Source: Neodothiora populina
Taxonomy: Eukaryota
Reading direction: 5' to 3'
Assembly (NCBI RefSeq): GCF_041146345.1
Contig: NW_027191413.1
Span: 1,922,001 to 1,986,000, forward strand
DNA length: 64,000 nucleotides
Positions 38,198 to 50,559 of the stretch are shown one piece after another (positions within the stretch are counted from its first letter, which is position 1; every line of letters begins with the position of its first letter). Position numbers and translations under genes: made by a program. The notes beneath the pieces are model-generated. The model was given only the letters and a program-made list of their open reading frames with translations. It did no database searches and was not told the origin of the DNA.

Positions 38198-40022
38198 CTA
38201 CTTCTGTCTCTGAGCAAGCCCAACGACATTCCTCAGCGTACCAAATGGCAATACATCGCCTATCCTCTTCTGGCCGGTGAAGAGCATGACAAGACGGTCA
38301 ATGCCCATTCCCCATCCTCCCGTAGGAGGGAGACCCCACTCCAGCGCCTCGAGATAGCTTTCGTCTACCTCGCCTTTACCGTCGCTCTCACCGTCCACCT
38401 TCCGGTATGCCAGCTGATCTGCGAGTTTCTTCCGCTGCTCAAACGGCGAGTTCTCTTCCTCGTACATGTTTGCATATTCATTCCCACGAATGAACAATTC
38501 GGCGCGTGCAGAAAGACGTTGGCCGGACTCTGGGCAGGTGAAGGATTTTGCGAGAGGAGACATTACGGCGGGATGCTCTGTGATGAAAGTCGGTCTGTCA
38601 CAAAGTGGTTCCAAGCAGTGGCCAGCAAGGGCATCTAGTAGGCCCGGAAGAGTGGGCTTCGAAGGTAACTTGATCGCAAGCTCCGCAAAGATCCCTCGTA
38701 GATCTTCTGTCGCAGTAGGAGCGTCGAGGTCAGGCAGCTTCCTGCCCATCGCTTGCTCAATCCCAGGGATGAACCTGATGCGAGGAAACGGGCCGGCAAA
38801 GAAGCCAGCAGCATGCCCCTCAAAATCAACAACCGTTTCCTTGAGTTCTGCGAAGCTTTCTCGACCTAGCATCCGGATCTCGTCATACACAGTATGAAGT
38901 AGAGTCTCCGTCATGGTCATGAGATGCTCGAGATCAGCAAAGGGAGTGTAGCATTCACACATGGTAAATTCGGGATTATGAGTTGCGTCCACGCCTTCAT
39001 TTCGGAAAGCGGGACCAAGTTCATAAACCTTCCCCATGCCGCCCACGACTAGCCTCTTCAGCCACAACTCGGGGGCAATTCGAAGATTCAGTGTAGTGTT
39101 CTCAAGCTCCGTTGCTACAGTCTCAAAGGGACGAGCTACTGCCCCACCGGCGCCCGCGGTCAGCAGTGGAGTTGTGACTCTACTGAAGCCCTCGTTATCG
39201 AAGAAGCTCGCGATGCGACGCTCGATCTGTGATCTCATCTTCAGGGTCTGGATGACTTCGGGGTTGACAAGCATGTCGACATGAGGCCTCCTCGCTCGAA
39301 CCTCTGCATCATCAAGCTGGTCTGGCAATTGGTGAAGCGAGGGAGCCATCAGTTGGAATCCTTGTGCGAGCAGGCTGGGCTCGCCGGTAGACGTTTTGTG
39401 AGGATTTCCATTGAAAGCTAAATCATGTTAACATCGTGATAATGTAGCTGCAAGCTACGAATAGACTTACTGTACCAGTCGCCCTTCCGGACTATGTGCC
39501 TGAATGATCTGAATGTCTCTTGGCTAACGCCAGCTTCTTGCAGTCTGCCAAGGTTGCAAACCACCTGTACATTATTGTCGACATCTTCTAGATCGATGAA
39601 GACGAGCTTCGAGCCGGCTGTTCTCACACTCCGTACTCTGCCTAGAGCCATGAGTATACCGAAAGTAATGTTCGGGATGTCAAGCGTGGCATACCAGAAA
39701 TGCTGACCCTCTTCGAGGCATCCGTCGCATTGACCTCTAGTGCCTCGCTCTGCGTCCTGACGGCTCCGGCTGACATTCTCAGGCATTCAGAGCTTCGGGT
39801 CAAACGAGGATAACATTCCTCGAAAGATGTGTATCTCTGCAGCTGAGCCAGGCGTTTCTCATAGTCCCCATGTGGGACGTGAGAAGACTCTTTCGAGGCA
39901 TGGCTTTGCTTCCCATATAATTTCTTATATGCCGAGAAGAAGCGTGCATATGCAGGATTAGCACATGTGCGTAGGCCGCTGTGCGCGATTGGCCGCAAGG
40001 TACGGCAGCCTTCAGCGAACAT
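38198..40022 (-). CDS. MSK1: Lysyl-tRNA synthetase, mitochondrial
   Basis: Exons 40022-39695, 39641-39471, 39417-38198; GGAVARPF, LRIAPELWLK, FRNEG, GLPPTGGWGMGIDRL; Arg-rich presequence-like N-terminus. Confidence 0.92.
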
Positions 40023-40390
40023 GTATAACTGTTAACAGCCAATTAGCAGTATTCAATGAGAATTTGGCTATCGTTGAGGCATGTAGTAGAAGAATATTCT
40101 CGAATGGAATAAAAAAGTGATCAGACAGTAGGTCAGAGCTGAATCAAGCACCCGGCGGTGTCATACGCAGCGGTTCTTTGCAACAATCATCCTTGCACAT
40201 GTGAAGAGTAGGGAGAAAATGAGGAGCCGTCGTGGCAAGAGACTTACAGTATGATAGAATGTGAAGCAACACAATCTACGGATGAGTTATGGTTCACATG
40301 GTGATTGTGATGGAAGGGCAGAAAAGCTGGCGGAGCAGAAGTGAGAAAAGTGAACAAATGTGGCCAAAGCTTCCGACTTTCTGCCAACTC

Positions 40391-40408
40391 CATCATCATC
40401 ATCATCAT
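40391..40408. repeat. (CAT)6 microsatellite in the MSK1-TIM10 intergenic region
   Basis: Read directly. Confidence 0.85.
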
Positions 40409-40517
40409 TGCTTGGAAGCATATCACAAAGAACATTATTACCACTCTCTTCTACACCTTACTGTCACCCAATATCTCCCCCAACCTAACCTCAACCACCC
40501 TCCATACATCTCAAACA

Positions 40518-40877
40518 ATGTCTTTCCTCTTCGGTGGTGGTCGTCCCCAACCCTCTTCTGCAGAGAAGATCGCAGCCGTCGAGGCCGAAATCGACATGGT
40601 TTCCGACATGTACAACCGGTATCAACCATCGCGCCGAGTATCAGTTTGGATTATTCTGAATAGATGCTGATATAACATCTGTAGCCTCGTCGAGACCTGC
40701 TCCAAGAAGTGCATTCCTCCCACCTACCGCGAGGCCGACCTCAACAAGGGCGAGTCAGTCTGCCTCGACCGCTGCGTCGGAAAGTTCTTCGAGGTCAACG
40801 TCAAGGTCTCGGAGAAGATGCAGGGCGAAGCAAATGCCTCGCAGGGCCGTGGTATGGGTGGAGGCTTTGGCATGTAA
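40518..40877 (+). CDS. TIM10: Mitochondrial intermembrane-space chaperone Tim10
   Basis: Exons 40518-40618 and 40685-40877; twin CX3C (CSKKC, CLDRC), [13 protein letters not shown]. Confidence 0.95.
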
Positions 40878-41290
40878 GAGAAACGCCGACACACAACGGG
40901 CTTTGCCATGTTTATCCGGCAGCATCCTGAACCGCCAGGGAGGATTAGTCGCCTGGCTTGGAGGTGCAGAACGAGAAAAGAGACGTTTTTTGTAACATTA
41001 CGGGACCTATATACGACTGCTGGGACAGGGCGTTTAGGTCTGGAGTGAGCCAGCATGATTATCATCTTTGCGCTCCGCTTACGATTTTATTTTTTCTCGG
41101 AGCGGTTTGTTTCAGTCTATGGGCTCTTGAGTCGGCAAGCATACCTGGGTAGCATTGGAAGCTGTGGGAAATACTCAATACTTCAATCAAAAGGCTCATC
41201 ACTCTGACTATTTCCTACAATCGAGGCAGCCAACATGCGCGCAAAGTACCAAACACAAGGGGAATATGTTGACATACTGACTGATGACAG

Positions 41291-43118
41291 CTAGAAGTGT
41301 TCCTTCCAAAACTTGAACTTGACTGGCCGCTTACTCGCGCGTTGGCACGCCTTTTGAACGTCCCGTGCACCGATGTTCGGTCCACAGAAATAGACGCCAA
41401 TCTCTGTGTTTCCGCCAGCTCCAAGTCCGTCAATGTACTCTCCCCCTACAATAGACTCCCTCATGGCCGAGAATAGTTTTTCAAAATGTGGTCTGCCGAA
41501 ATTGGTCCTCGAATTCAGCTCGGTTAGCGGATCTCGATCCATCCCGACCGAATTCAGGACAATGTTATTTGCCGTGTCCACGTCCACCTTCTGTGTCAGG
41601 TAGGTGTGGATCCTGAGGAACTCGGTCGTTGCATTCCTTTCGCCTTTGGAGTCTGACAGTTGCATGCTTTGTGCCTCCAACGAGCTCAAGAGTGCCTGGA
41701 ACCACTCAAAGCTGGTCGTGTCTCTGCAAACCCAGATGAATTCCACTCTGCGCAACCGCTTTGGAGGATTCGGGCTCAACCTCATGTGCCATATGTTCTT
41801 CAGGATACTTGCCCATGGCGTCACCCCAATTCCGGTACCGATCAGGATAGCGATCTCGTTCTCGAACACGTCCTCAGCTGGTGCGCCGTACGGTCCATCT
41901 ACTCGAAGTCGAGGCATTTCCTGGTCCTGTTGAAGCGCCACCTCATACATGCCCATTGGATCGAGTTCGTCGTAGAGTTCTGCCTGTGAATGACCTGCAC
42001 CCAATGCGTTTGCAAGCGCATAAGTCCAGTCGCCGACTTGTCGCACGTGAATGCTGATATACGGGTCAAAAGGACATGACGTTATGGTGAAAGGATGCCA
42101 TTGCTGCGTCGAGACATCTGGACAATTGATAAAGATCCACTGTCCTGCCTTGTAACTCATACTTTGCTTGCGGAACTGGATCTCCACGGCGTCTGCAAGC
42201 TCTGTCAGTGCGTCTCTCGTCAAATCGACCTAACAACATACCGTAAGGGTGTTTGACGACTTTGATAATTTCGGTGGGTCTACGAGCACGGATTTCGCGA
42301 TACACACGCTCAATCAAGTATAGACCGCCTCCTACCAGTTCCCACCTCCATCCCTCGTAACCGAGGCAATGATTCCAGAAGACACGGCCAGCGAATGGCG
42401 AATATGGCTCGACAGTGTCCCGGACGAAGCAACCGGTGGCGTGGGTATAGAGAGCGAGGAAGAAGGGTACAAATAGATGATGAGCGTACCAGAAAGTCTC
42501 GAATGACTGCTGTCGGATTTTGTGGTGAGAAGTTGTGTACATGAAGAGCATGCAAAAAAGCATGACATGTCCGGTGATGCCACCTGCTTGCTTATAGTGT
42601 ATCTCAACAGCCGCCTCAGGTCGTGCTTGAGCTCTTTCGACGTTGAAGAAACTACACGATGGTCAGGTCTTGAGGATACTGATCTAGAGCCTCACAAGGC
42701 TCACTTGACATAATGAGCCGCAGTATGCACCGTTGTCCATAGTACTAATGAGTATGCCACTTGGCGATGAAACCATTGAGACTCATCGAGGGGCAACCAT
42801 CTGACCTTAGGTCGCACGACTCGCAGCAAGTTTCGACACATCGGCAGTAATATCAATGTGCAGTCTACCGACAGCACCAAGCCTGCACCACGAGAGATCC
42901 ATACAGAGAACAGCAGGCTGTTCAAAGCTGCTAACCTCCCATCGGACGCTTGCTTCCACCTGAAGTGAGTCAATCCACATATTCAGTGGCAATCTCCATC
43001 CAGTACACACTTACCATCCTAGGACGAACAGGCCAACGTGAAGTCCGTGAAACAGGAAATAGAAAGTCACCTTCCTCCATGTGAACTGTCTTTCGTATCT
43101 TGATTTCGAAGAAGCCAT
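41291..43118 (-). CDS. noxA: NADPH oxidase catalytic subunit NoxA/Nox1 (gp91phox homologue)
   Basis: Exons 43118-43015, 42959-42705, 42651-42242, 42192-41291; QWHPFTITS, DGPYG, GTGIGVTP, YFCGP, ends FWKEHF; no NoxB-type N-terminal extension. Confidence 0.95.
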
Positions 43119-44555
43119 GTCGAACGTGACCCCGTGAAAAGATAATGAGGTCCAGCACTGCAGATGGACACAGTTCAACGTCCACAAGTTGCAGGTACTG
43201 AATGAAGGTGGCTAGTGATTTGCTGCGTTGAAGCAGTGATCAAATCATTGAGGGCATGGAGGTCAAAGCAGTCCAAAAGGTAGGCTTATTGGGATTCGAA
43301 ATCGCTCCCAGTACAACGGAGAATGTTGAAGACCCTACCTAACTCCAGGACGCTGGAATAGTGAATTCAATCTCGAACGCGTGGTTCTAAAGTAGCATGA
43401 AAGTGTGATGTGAGATGTGCATCCGCAACCATGCTAGCGGAAGGGCTGAGTGAGCGCTTCCTGCGATCTTGTCTTAACTTCATCCTCGATCAATAGAATG
43501 AATATCCACTATGCATACGCTACGGCCGCAGAACAAGCGGTCGAGGCCATGGCATACTGCATGTTATGGTGTCCTATCATTGTAGTGACTTAGATAATGG
43601 CCGGTGTGCTATGTGAGACTAGATGTGACGTGCGAGCTGAAAGAGGCCAAGCACACAGACAATCTGGGGTTCGGTGAAGCTTCATTGGGCGTGTACGCGC
43701 CGACTACTCGCACAGTACTCCATGCTTCTGCAAGGTTGCGCATGAACCTCCAAAATAGATGAGACGGCTCGGCACGTTTGATATCATGATCGCTGGGAAG
43801 TTCATCTGGAAGGTCCGTTCGGAGATGTGGAGAGCCAGTGAGCTGCTGCGATTGGGAAACAATCAGCTTGAGAGATTAGGTGCCGTCTAAAGACATCACC
43901 ATATTGTTGGCCTACCTTGATGTGGCCCACTTAGCGATTGTGCATTGCAAGCATACCTTTCCGTATGTCTATCCACGAAACCTATTCGTCTACCTGGGCG
44001 CTTACGACTTCTCCTTCCACTTATCACTGTCTCCCCTCCCTCCAGACCGTGGAAGACCATCCTCGCCAAGGGCGGTAAATGACGCCTTCAACATACTACG
44101 CATATAGCTGCGAGGAATATTAGTCAATGATCACGCTCTTGGCCTTAATCAAGAGACTCGCTTCGAGAAAAGAGAACGAACCCCCCTTTATGTACCTTGC
44201 ATCTGCTGCTACTGAACACTATCGAATGTGATATCTCATATCCCCCACAGTAACCACCCTCACTTCAGCCTCACCGCACCTTTTCCGACCTATTATCAGA
44301 AGATCGAAAGAGCCATTACATCCACGCTGTTGTGCTGTCCCCTTTCAGCAAGTGGTGGATTCACGCACCGCATACTTCATCTCATCCATCCCTTTCCCTA
44401 CTTTCCTCTTACTTGCTCGCTCGTCGTTGTGATCAACATACAACATGACGGTCATGTCATCGATGTAGTACCAATAGCATCTGGTCTACAAGAAACTCGA
44501 AGCCGCGATTTATACCAACAGCTAGTCGGCTAGCTGATCGCTTCCGCACCGAGCG

Positions 44556-45192
44556 ATGGGAAAGCTGATAAAGAATCATTGGGCCCGAATGATCATCCTC
44601 ACAGCAGCAGCATGTAAGTCCACAAGTGCTATTTCTCAAGCTACTCTCATCATATGCGGCTTCCTCTTCTCTCATCATACCGACCTCCCTCTTTCCTTGT
44701 GACAGATGTTATCAACTATCGACACAAGTCTTACGCTTTTGCCTCAGACCATTTCGCAAGCTCCTTTCATGCTTTCTTCTGGCCGAAATTCTTCTTCGAC
44801 TTCTATACGAAGAATTTCGATCTTGCCGTCAAGCCAGTCCCCATTCTTCAGACTATCAACATTGTCCTCGCGCTTTTCAATCTTGCATACGAGTGGCCGC
44901 TCGGCCTCATCGCAGGCACTGTCATACATCGCAGCATTGAGTTTCGTACGTTCTGGTACCCGCTGTGTGCACTGGGAGCTATATTGCTCTATCAAGCCAC
45001 GAATGCAGGGCTTTACTATATGGTTGGAGTTGCAGTATGGTTCTGGGCTTACGTTGAAGGGGAGGTATGTGTCAATTCTTTTATGGATAGCCATGGTCGT
45101 GAGATACTGACGAGCCTTTCCAGATCGTCTGTGCAAAACCATGGACACTGCCGAGACGATCCGATCGGGTCAGGAGGTTGGAAAAGGTTTGA
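44556..45192 (+). CDS. noxD: NoxD/Pro41, fungal p22phox homologue
   Basis: Exons 44556-44613, 44748-45064, 45124-45192; MGKLIKNHWAR, FFWPK, VKPVPILQ, YEWPL, LLYQATN, KPWTLP. Confidence 0.92.
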
Positions 45193-47906
45193 TTGTATAT
45201 ACATTTTGAGATATCCCGTTCGCATTGGACATAGCTTGGCGTCCGTTGATGGTATTTCGTATGCGATGATAATACACAAATGGGCATTGTTGAATGTGAC
45301 CCTTGTGTCCTAGACCCGAACAATTCTGCCCACGCTGAGATCACTCTGAAGCCATCGTGTTCGTCCTGAACCAATGTCATCTGGCTTACAGGTCTTCTAT
45401 TGAACGATACATGTCATGATTTTATCTGTCATCACGAGGGAGTCCTTCGTAACAATTACTCGACCGCAGAGATCGAAGCTATAGCAGCTTGTGTTCAGGA
45501 GCCACGACAGCCAAAACAGGCGCTCCTAAATGTAGCGGGAATCAGACATGTCCACTCGTGTCCTTTCACTTTGTCTGGTCAATGCGAAATGCCACAAACG
45601 GATCTCTCAACGCGTAGTATGTCTTAGATCTGGATCTCATGAGCCAAAGTCTGGACAATGTTCTGATTGTGCCGCTTACAGGTACCGGACATTCGGTATA
45701 CGGCGTGCATGCCCGGTTCATGCTCCATGACTTTCGTCTAGGGTTCTTTCAGTATAAGTTCGTGCACGCATGAGTGATTCGAGCTACACCTGCTGAGTTG
45801 CAGACTGGGGAAGTCGGTGAGAAGCAGAGCATTAGCATGCCCTGATCGAAGGACTTAGGAGGCTGATGGACAAGGACGCTTGACCTTACAGAACAGGACG
45901 CGTCTAGCGCCGTGTCCGGCCGGTTGATGCCTTGACTGTGACATCGCCATATGCATGTGCTGCCCCAATTCCTCTGTTATGTAGCAATTCGACGACTTCT
46001 TGACCCTACAGAAAGGTGACATCTTTATAGCGCAGCGATGTCATGGACAATACACAAGCTCCAGCTATGGCAATCTGGTCTGGGGTGATGTCTTGTCTGC
46101 CCCAACAACAGAGTGGTAGCCTTTGATCGTGGCAACAATGGGGTTACCTTGAGGTCAGCCATGAGTGCGCTTTAGCGTACACAAGAAGCCCACGGTATCA
46201 CAAGCGACAGGGGCGAGATCGTCCAAAGATGATCACGAAGCGGATACTTCTCTACGAGCTGGGTAATCAGCAGGAAGTGTAGGTCACAGGCTGTACCAAC
46301 GTCTGAGTCTCGTGTTGAGCTACAGTTTGTACTTCACCCAATGCTCGAGGTCACCTAGCATAAAATATATACTTGTCTTCACTTCTCTTTGGTGGCGTGC
46401 TATGAGGTGCGTCGTCAGAGACATGCAATCTATCTTACGGAGCTGTGGAATAGATTCGTAGCAGATTGAAACATCGTACGTTAAATGGTCTTTACGGTCA
46501 ACCTTAGTCGTGAAAGGCTTCAGCTAGTTGATGCAGATAGAAGGCGTGCCCACTATCAGGTGCGGTTTCGAGATCTACAGGTAGCCCCGTGATTGGCGAA
46601 GGTTATTTGATCTCAGGGTGACTCGTGGCTGTGTTCCATGGACGGGACTGACATACAGAGATACACTCATGTATTTTTGAGAAATGCAATATCCGGTGAG
46701 ACTCTGTACCCAAACTTAGTCACAGGGCGCTCGCTTCATATGGATGGTCGGCACTTTGTATCACGAAAGCCCGACTGAATGATTCTCCACCGTTTCGCCG
46801 GAGACGTTTCAGCGTCCTTCTTTTAGCCAGTGCCACGAGATTGAGCATACGTCGTCTTGCAAAAGACGTACCCATATGTGAATGCCAACGGGCGCGTGGC
46901 CGTGGCAGCTGGCCGTTTTGAAATTATCGTTGTTGGTTGCCAGCCCACGAAAGCACGACTTTTCCTACAAATGACAATAGCGTTGGCGCTCTTCCCTTGC
47001 CGAGAAGTGTCCCTTGGTCGACGTGTACCAACGCTCAGTATAGTTGCCGCAACTATGGGCTCAGCACGTCAGACGCTTGTACCAGAATGTAAATTAGGGT
47101 GGTTATTCTCAAGGTCTGCCGCGCTGACCGTTCCCCCAAAGGTGACGGTCACATTCCAGATATGAGAATCAAAGGCTAGTAGGAAACGTGCAACTCACAC
47201 TGACTACCAACATGCAAATTGTGATCATGAGGCTAATGGCACTGGGGACCGGTGTGGTTGCGCCAGGATAAACGTTCTTTAAGGTTGGTTTCTTGTGAGA
47301 TGTATATAGATGGCCATCCGCGCTCCAGTGGCCAACAGTAGAAGGAGTAGAGCTCAAGCAGGACCCGATCTGAAACACTCGCGGGCATAGAGACTCAAGT
47401 TTACCAAGGACCTGAATCTGCAGCAGGGTGAGTGCTATATTTACCCCCCTTACTTGAACTTCATATAAGAGAGGGAGAACGCGTTCTCTGTACTACATGC
47501 ACCGGTGGCTTTCTTTTCTTTCGTTACACTACCCGCTCTCTTTGCTGTCTCAACTGCTTATCTTCGACGCTGCATTTTCACGCATTTTTGTGCCAGTCAA
47601 TACAGTGAGACAAGCTGCTGCTCATGTTAGAAGATCACAATAAAAGTTGATTGGCTATTGTCCTGTCCACGACGCTCGTTGTCTTGCCACTCTGTTCCAG
47701 AGGGCATCAACCAGCCTCTTCTACATTCCACAGAGGCGAGCCTCTCTCAGCTCTTCTTTCCTATCGCATATCCAGATTTTCTTCCAGCGCGCTCTGCGAG
47801 CAATTACTTTGAATCTATCCGGTGCAGGCACTGATACTATCCAGTCTACACTCTCTACCAGCTTTCTTTACAACTCTCAAACTTCTACATACAAAGCAAA
47901 CCCAAT

Positions 47907-50342
47907 ATGCATTCTATCAATCCCTATACGTTGATAGGCCTCTTAACAACACTCGCGACACTTCTCTCGATTTTTGGACCCGCACCGGTTGCGGCATCGC
48001 CTTTGGCCACACTTTCGGAGAGAGCTACCAGCAATTATTGGCTTGCCAATGTTGCACGAAGAGGTCAGGTAGCATTTGGCTCGAACAGCAACTACGCCGT
48101 CTATCGAAATGTGAAGGACTATGGCGCTACTGGCAATGGAAACTCCGATGACACCGCAGCTATCAACGCAGCAATCACTGATGGCAGCCGTTGCGGTAAT
48201 GGCTGTGATAGTTCCACAATCACGCCAGCACTCATCTATTTCCCTCCTGGTACTTACAAGATTTCGAAGCCTATTGTTCAGCTCTACTATACCCAATTCG
48301 TTGGTGATGCTATCGCCCCTCCCACGATCACCGCCGATTCCGGTTTTGCCGGAATTGCCTTGATTGACTCAGATCCCTACAATAACGATGGCTCAAATTG
48401 GTATACGAACCAGAACAATTTCTTCCGTCAGATTCGCAATTTTGTCATTGATCTGACACCTATGGGAAACTCTGGCACCGGAATCCATTGGCAGGTCGCT
48501 CAAGCAACCTCTCTGCAGAACATCCACTTCAAGATGACCAAAGGATCTGCTTCGAAGCAGCAGGGAATCTTTATGGACAATGGATCTGGAGGTTTCATGA
48601 GCGATCTGGTTTTCGACGGTGGCAACTACGGCGCGTTCTTGGGCAATCAGCAATTTACTTCTCGAAACTGGACATTCAATGATTGCAACACAGCCATATT
48701 CATGAACTGGAACTGGGCATGGACACTCAAGTCAGTCACAATCAACAACTGTGGTGTTGGACTCGACATGTCGAACGGTGGACCAACTGCTCAGACTGTG
48801 GGCTCCGTCATTCTCATGGACTCTGTAATTTCCAACACTCCTATTGGTGTCAAGACTTCATTCTTCAAGTCTGGAAGTACCCCGGTCACTGGAGGCACTC
48901 TCGTCATTGACAACGTGAACTTCGGGCCCAACGCTCCGGTAGCTGTTGCGGCTTATGGTGGTTCTACAATTCTGGGAGGCAATCAAAAGATCGCTCTTTG
49001 GCGCGAAGGCAAGGAGTACGTCGGGACCACGGGAGCGCGCGTGCAAGACTCAGCCTCCGCACCATCCAAGCCTTCCGCGTTGTTGGCTTCCAATGGCTAT
49101 TTCTACGAACGGTCCAAGCCCCAATACCAGAACTATGATGCTAGTGCTTTCGTCAGCGTCAAAGCAGTGTATGGTGCCAAGGGTGATGGCACAACGGACG
49201 ATACCGCAGCAATCCAGAACGCCATGAACGCTGTCGGCAAGGATAGCAGCAAGGTCCTTTACTTTGACCATGGCGCATATGTCGTCACCAAGACGATTCA
49301 GGTCCCTCCAAACATCAAGATCACCGGCGAAATCTGGCCTCTCATCATGGCTAAGGGTTCTTTCTTCGCCAACGAGAAAAGCCCGCAGCCCGTGTGGAAC
49401 GTCGGAACTTCCGGACAGACTGGTGCTGTTGAAATCACGGATATGATGTTCGAGACGATGGGACCTGCGCCTGGTGCGATCATGATCAAATGGAATCTTG
49501 TGTCTGCTCCCGGACAATCCGGCATGTGGGACACCCACGTACGCATTGGTGGTAGTGCTGGCACTCAGCTACAAAGTGATAAATGCGCCAAAAATCCTAC
49601 TGTTTCAACGGACGGTAACACTGGTTGCGAAGGAGCCTTCCTGCTCTTTTGGGCTGCTCCCAGTTCTGGAGGAGTCTATCTGGAGAACACTTGGTTCTGG
49701 GTTGCAGATCACGAGCTTGACCTCGCTGGACACGGTCAAATTGATCTCTACAATGGACGCGGCGTTCTCATCGAATCTACTGGTGGTGGGGTGTGGCTCT
49801 ACGGTACTTCATCAGAGCACAACATCTTCTACAACTACCAGATCAACGGTGCCAAGAACGTGTTCATGGGTATGATCCAGACAGAGACGCCATACTTCCA
49901 AGCCAATCCGAAGGCGCCTTTGCCGCTCCTCATCGACAATTACAACTGGGGCAGTAACTCCGATCCCAACTGGGCTTGGTGTTCACGTCAGACTTCCGTC
50001 GCCAATGCAACGTGTTACAAGTCATGGGGTCTGCGTGTGATGGGTTCCTCCAACGTCTTCCTCCACGGTGCAGGCCTGTACTCGTTCTTCGAGAACTACG
50101 ACCAAGACTGTGTGGCCAACAACAATTGTCAGCGCAACATCCTAGGCATTCAGGGCTCGAATAGCAACATCAACATGTACGCCATCAACACCAAAGCCAG
50201 TGTCAACATGATTACTCTAGACGGGGTACCTCAGATGCTCGATTCGAACAACAGGAACAACTTTTGCGGTTCGGTCGCTCGATACGTCTTACCTGCGTCT
50301 GCGTCATCATCATCCAGCGGGTCCAGTGCAGCGAAGTGTTAG
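47907..50342 (+). CDS. Secreted GH55 exo-beta-1,3-glucanase
   Basis: Signal peptide; YRNVKDYGATGNG, IHWQVAQATSLQN, second GAKGDG repeat, WVADH, SEH, QTETPYFQ. Confidence 0.95.
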   Translation: MHSINPYTLIGLLTTLATLLSIFGPAPVAASPLATLSERATSNYWLANVARRGQVAFGSNSNYAVYRNVKDYGATGNGNSDDTAAINAAITDGSRCGNGCDSSTITPALIYFPPGTYKISKPIVQLYYTQFVGDAIAPPTITADSGFAGIALIDSDPYNNDGSNWYTNQNNFFRQIRNFVIDLTPMGNSGTGIHWQVAQATSLQNIHFKMTKGSASKQQGIFMDNGSGGFMSDLVFDGGNYGAFLGNQQFTSRNWTFNDCNTAIFMNWNWAWTLKSVTINNCGVGLDMSNGGPTAQTVGSVILMDSVISNTPIGVKTSFFKSGSTPVTGGTLVIDNVNFGPNAPVAVAAYGGSTILGGNQKIALWREGKEYVGTTGARVQDSASAPSKPSALLASNGYFYERSKPQYQNYDASAFVSVKAVYGAKGDGTTDDTAAIQNAMNAVGKDSSKVLYFDHGAYVVTKTIQVPPNIKITGEIWPLIMAKGSFFANEKSPQPVWNVGTSGQTGAVEITDMMFETMGPAPGAIMIKWNLVSAPGQSGMWDTHVRIGGSAGTQLQSDKCAKNPTVSTDGNTGCEGAFLLFWAAPSSGGVYLENTWFWVADHELDLAGHGQIDLYNGRGVLIESTGGGVWLYGTSSEHNIFYNYQINGAKNVFMGMIQTETPYFQANPKAPLPLLIDNYNWGSNSDPNWAWCSRQTSVANATCYKSWGLRVMGSSNVFLHGAGLYSFFENYDQDCVANNNCQRNILGIQGSNSNINMYAINTKASVNMITLDGVPQMLDSNNRNNFCGSVARYVLPASASSSSSGSSAAKC

Positions 50343-50559
50343 CAGGAGAAGCAGTGGCAAACGCATGAGCAATTTTGCTATGCCGCTGACTTCTTCTCAC
50401 CCGGCCTTCAACAGCCATTCTAAACGACTGCAATGACAACAATGACTAGAGAGACACCCTCTCTAGTCGTTTGCTTTGTTTCATCTTTTCTACTAACGGC
50501 CTTTCTTTTGCCTCAGGCAGGCAGAATATATTTTTCATTAACAGCATTAGCATCAGCAT

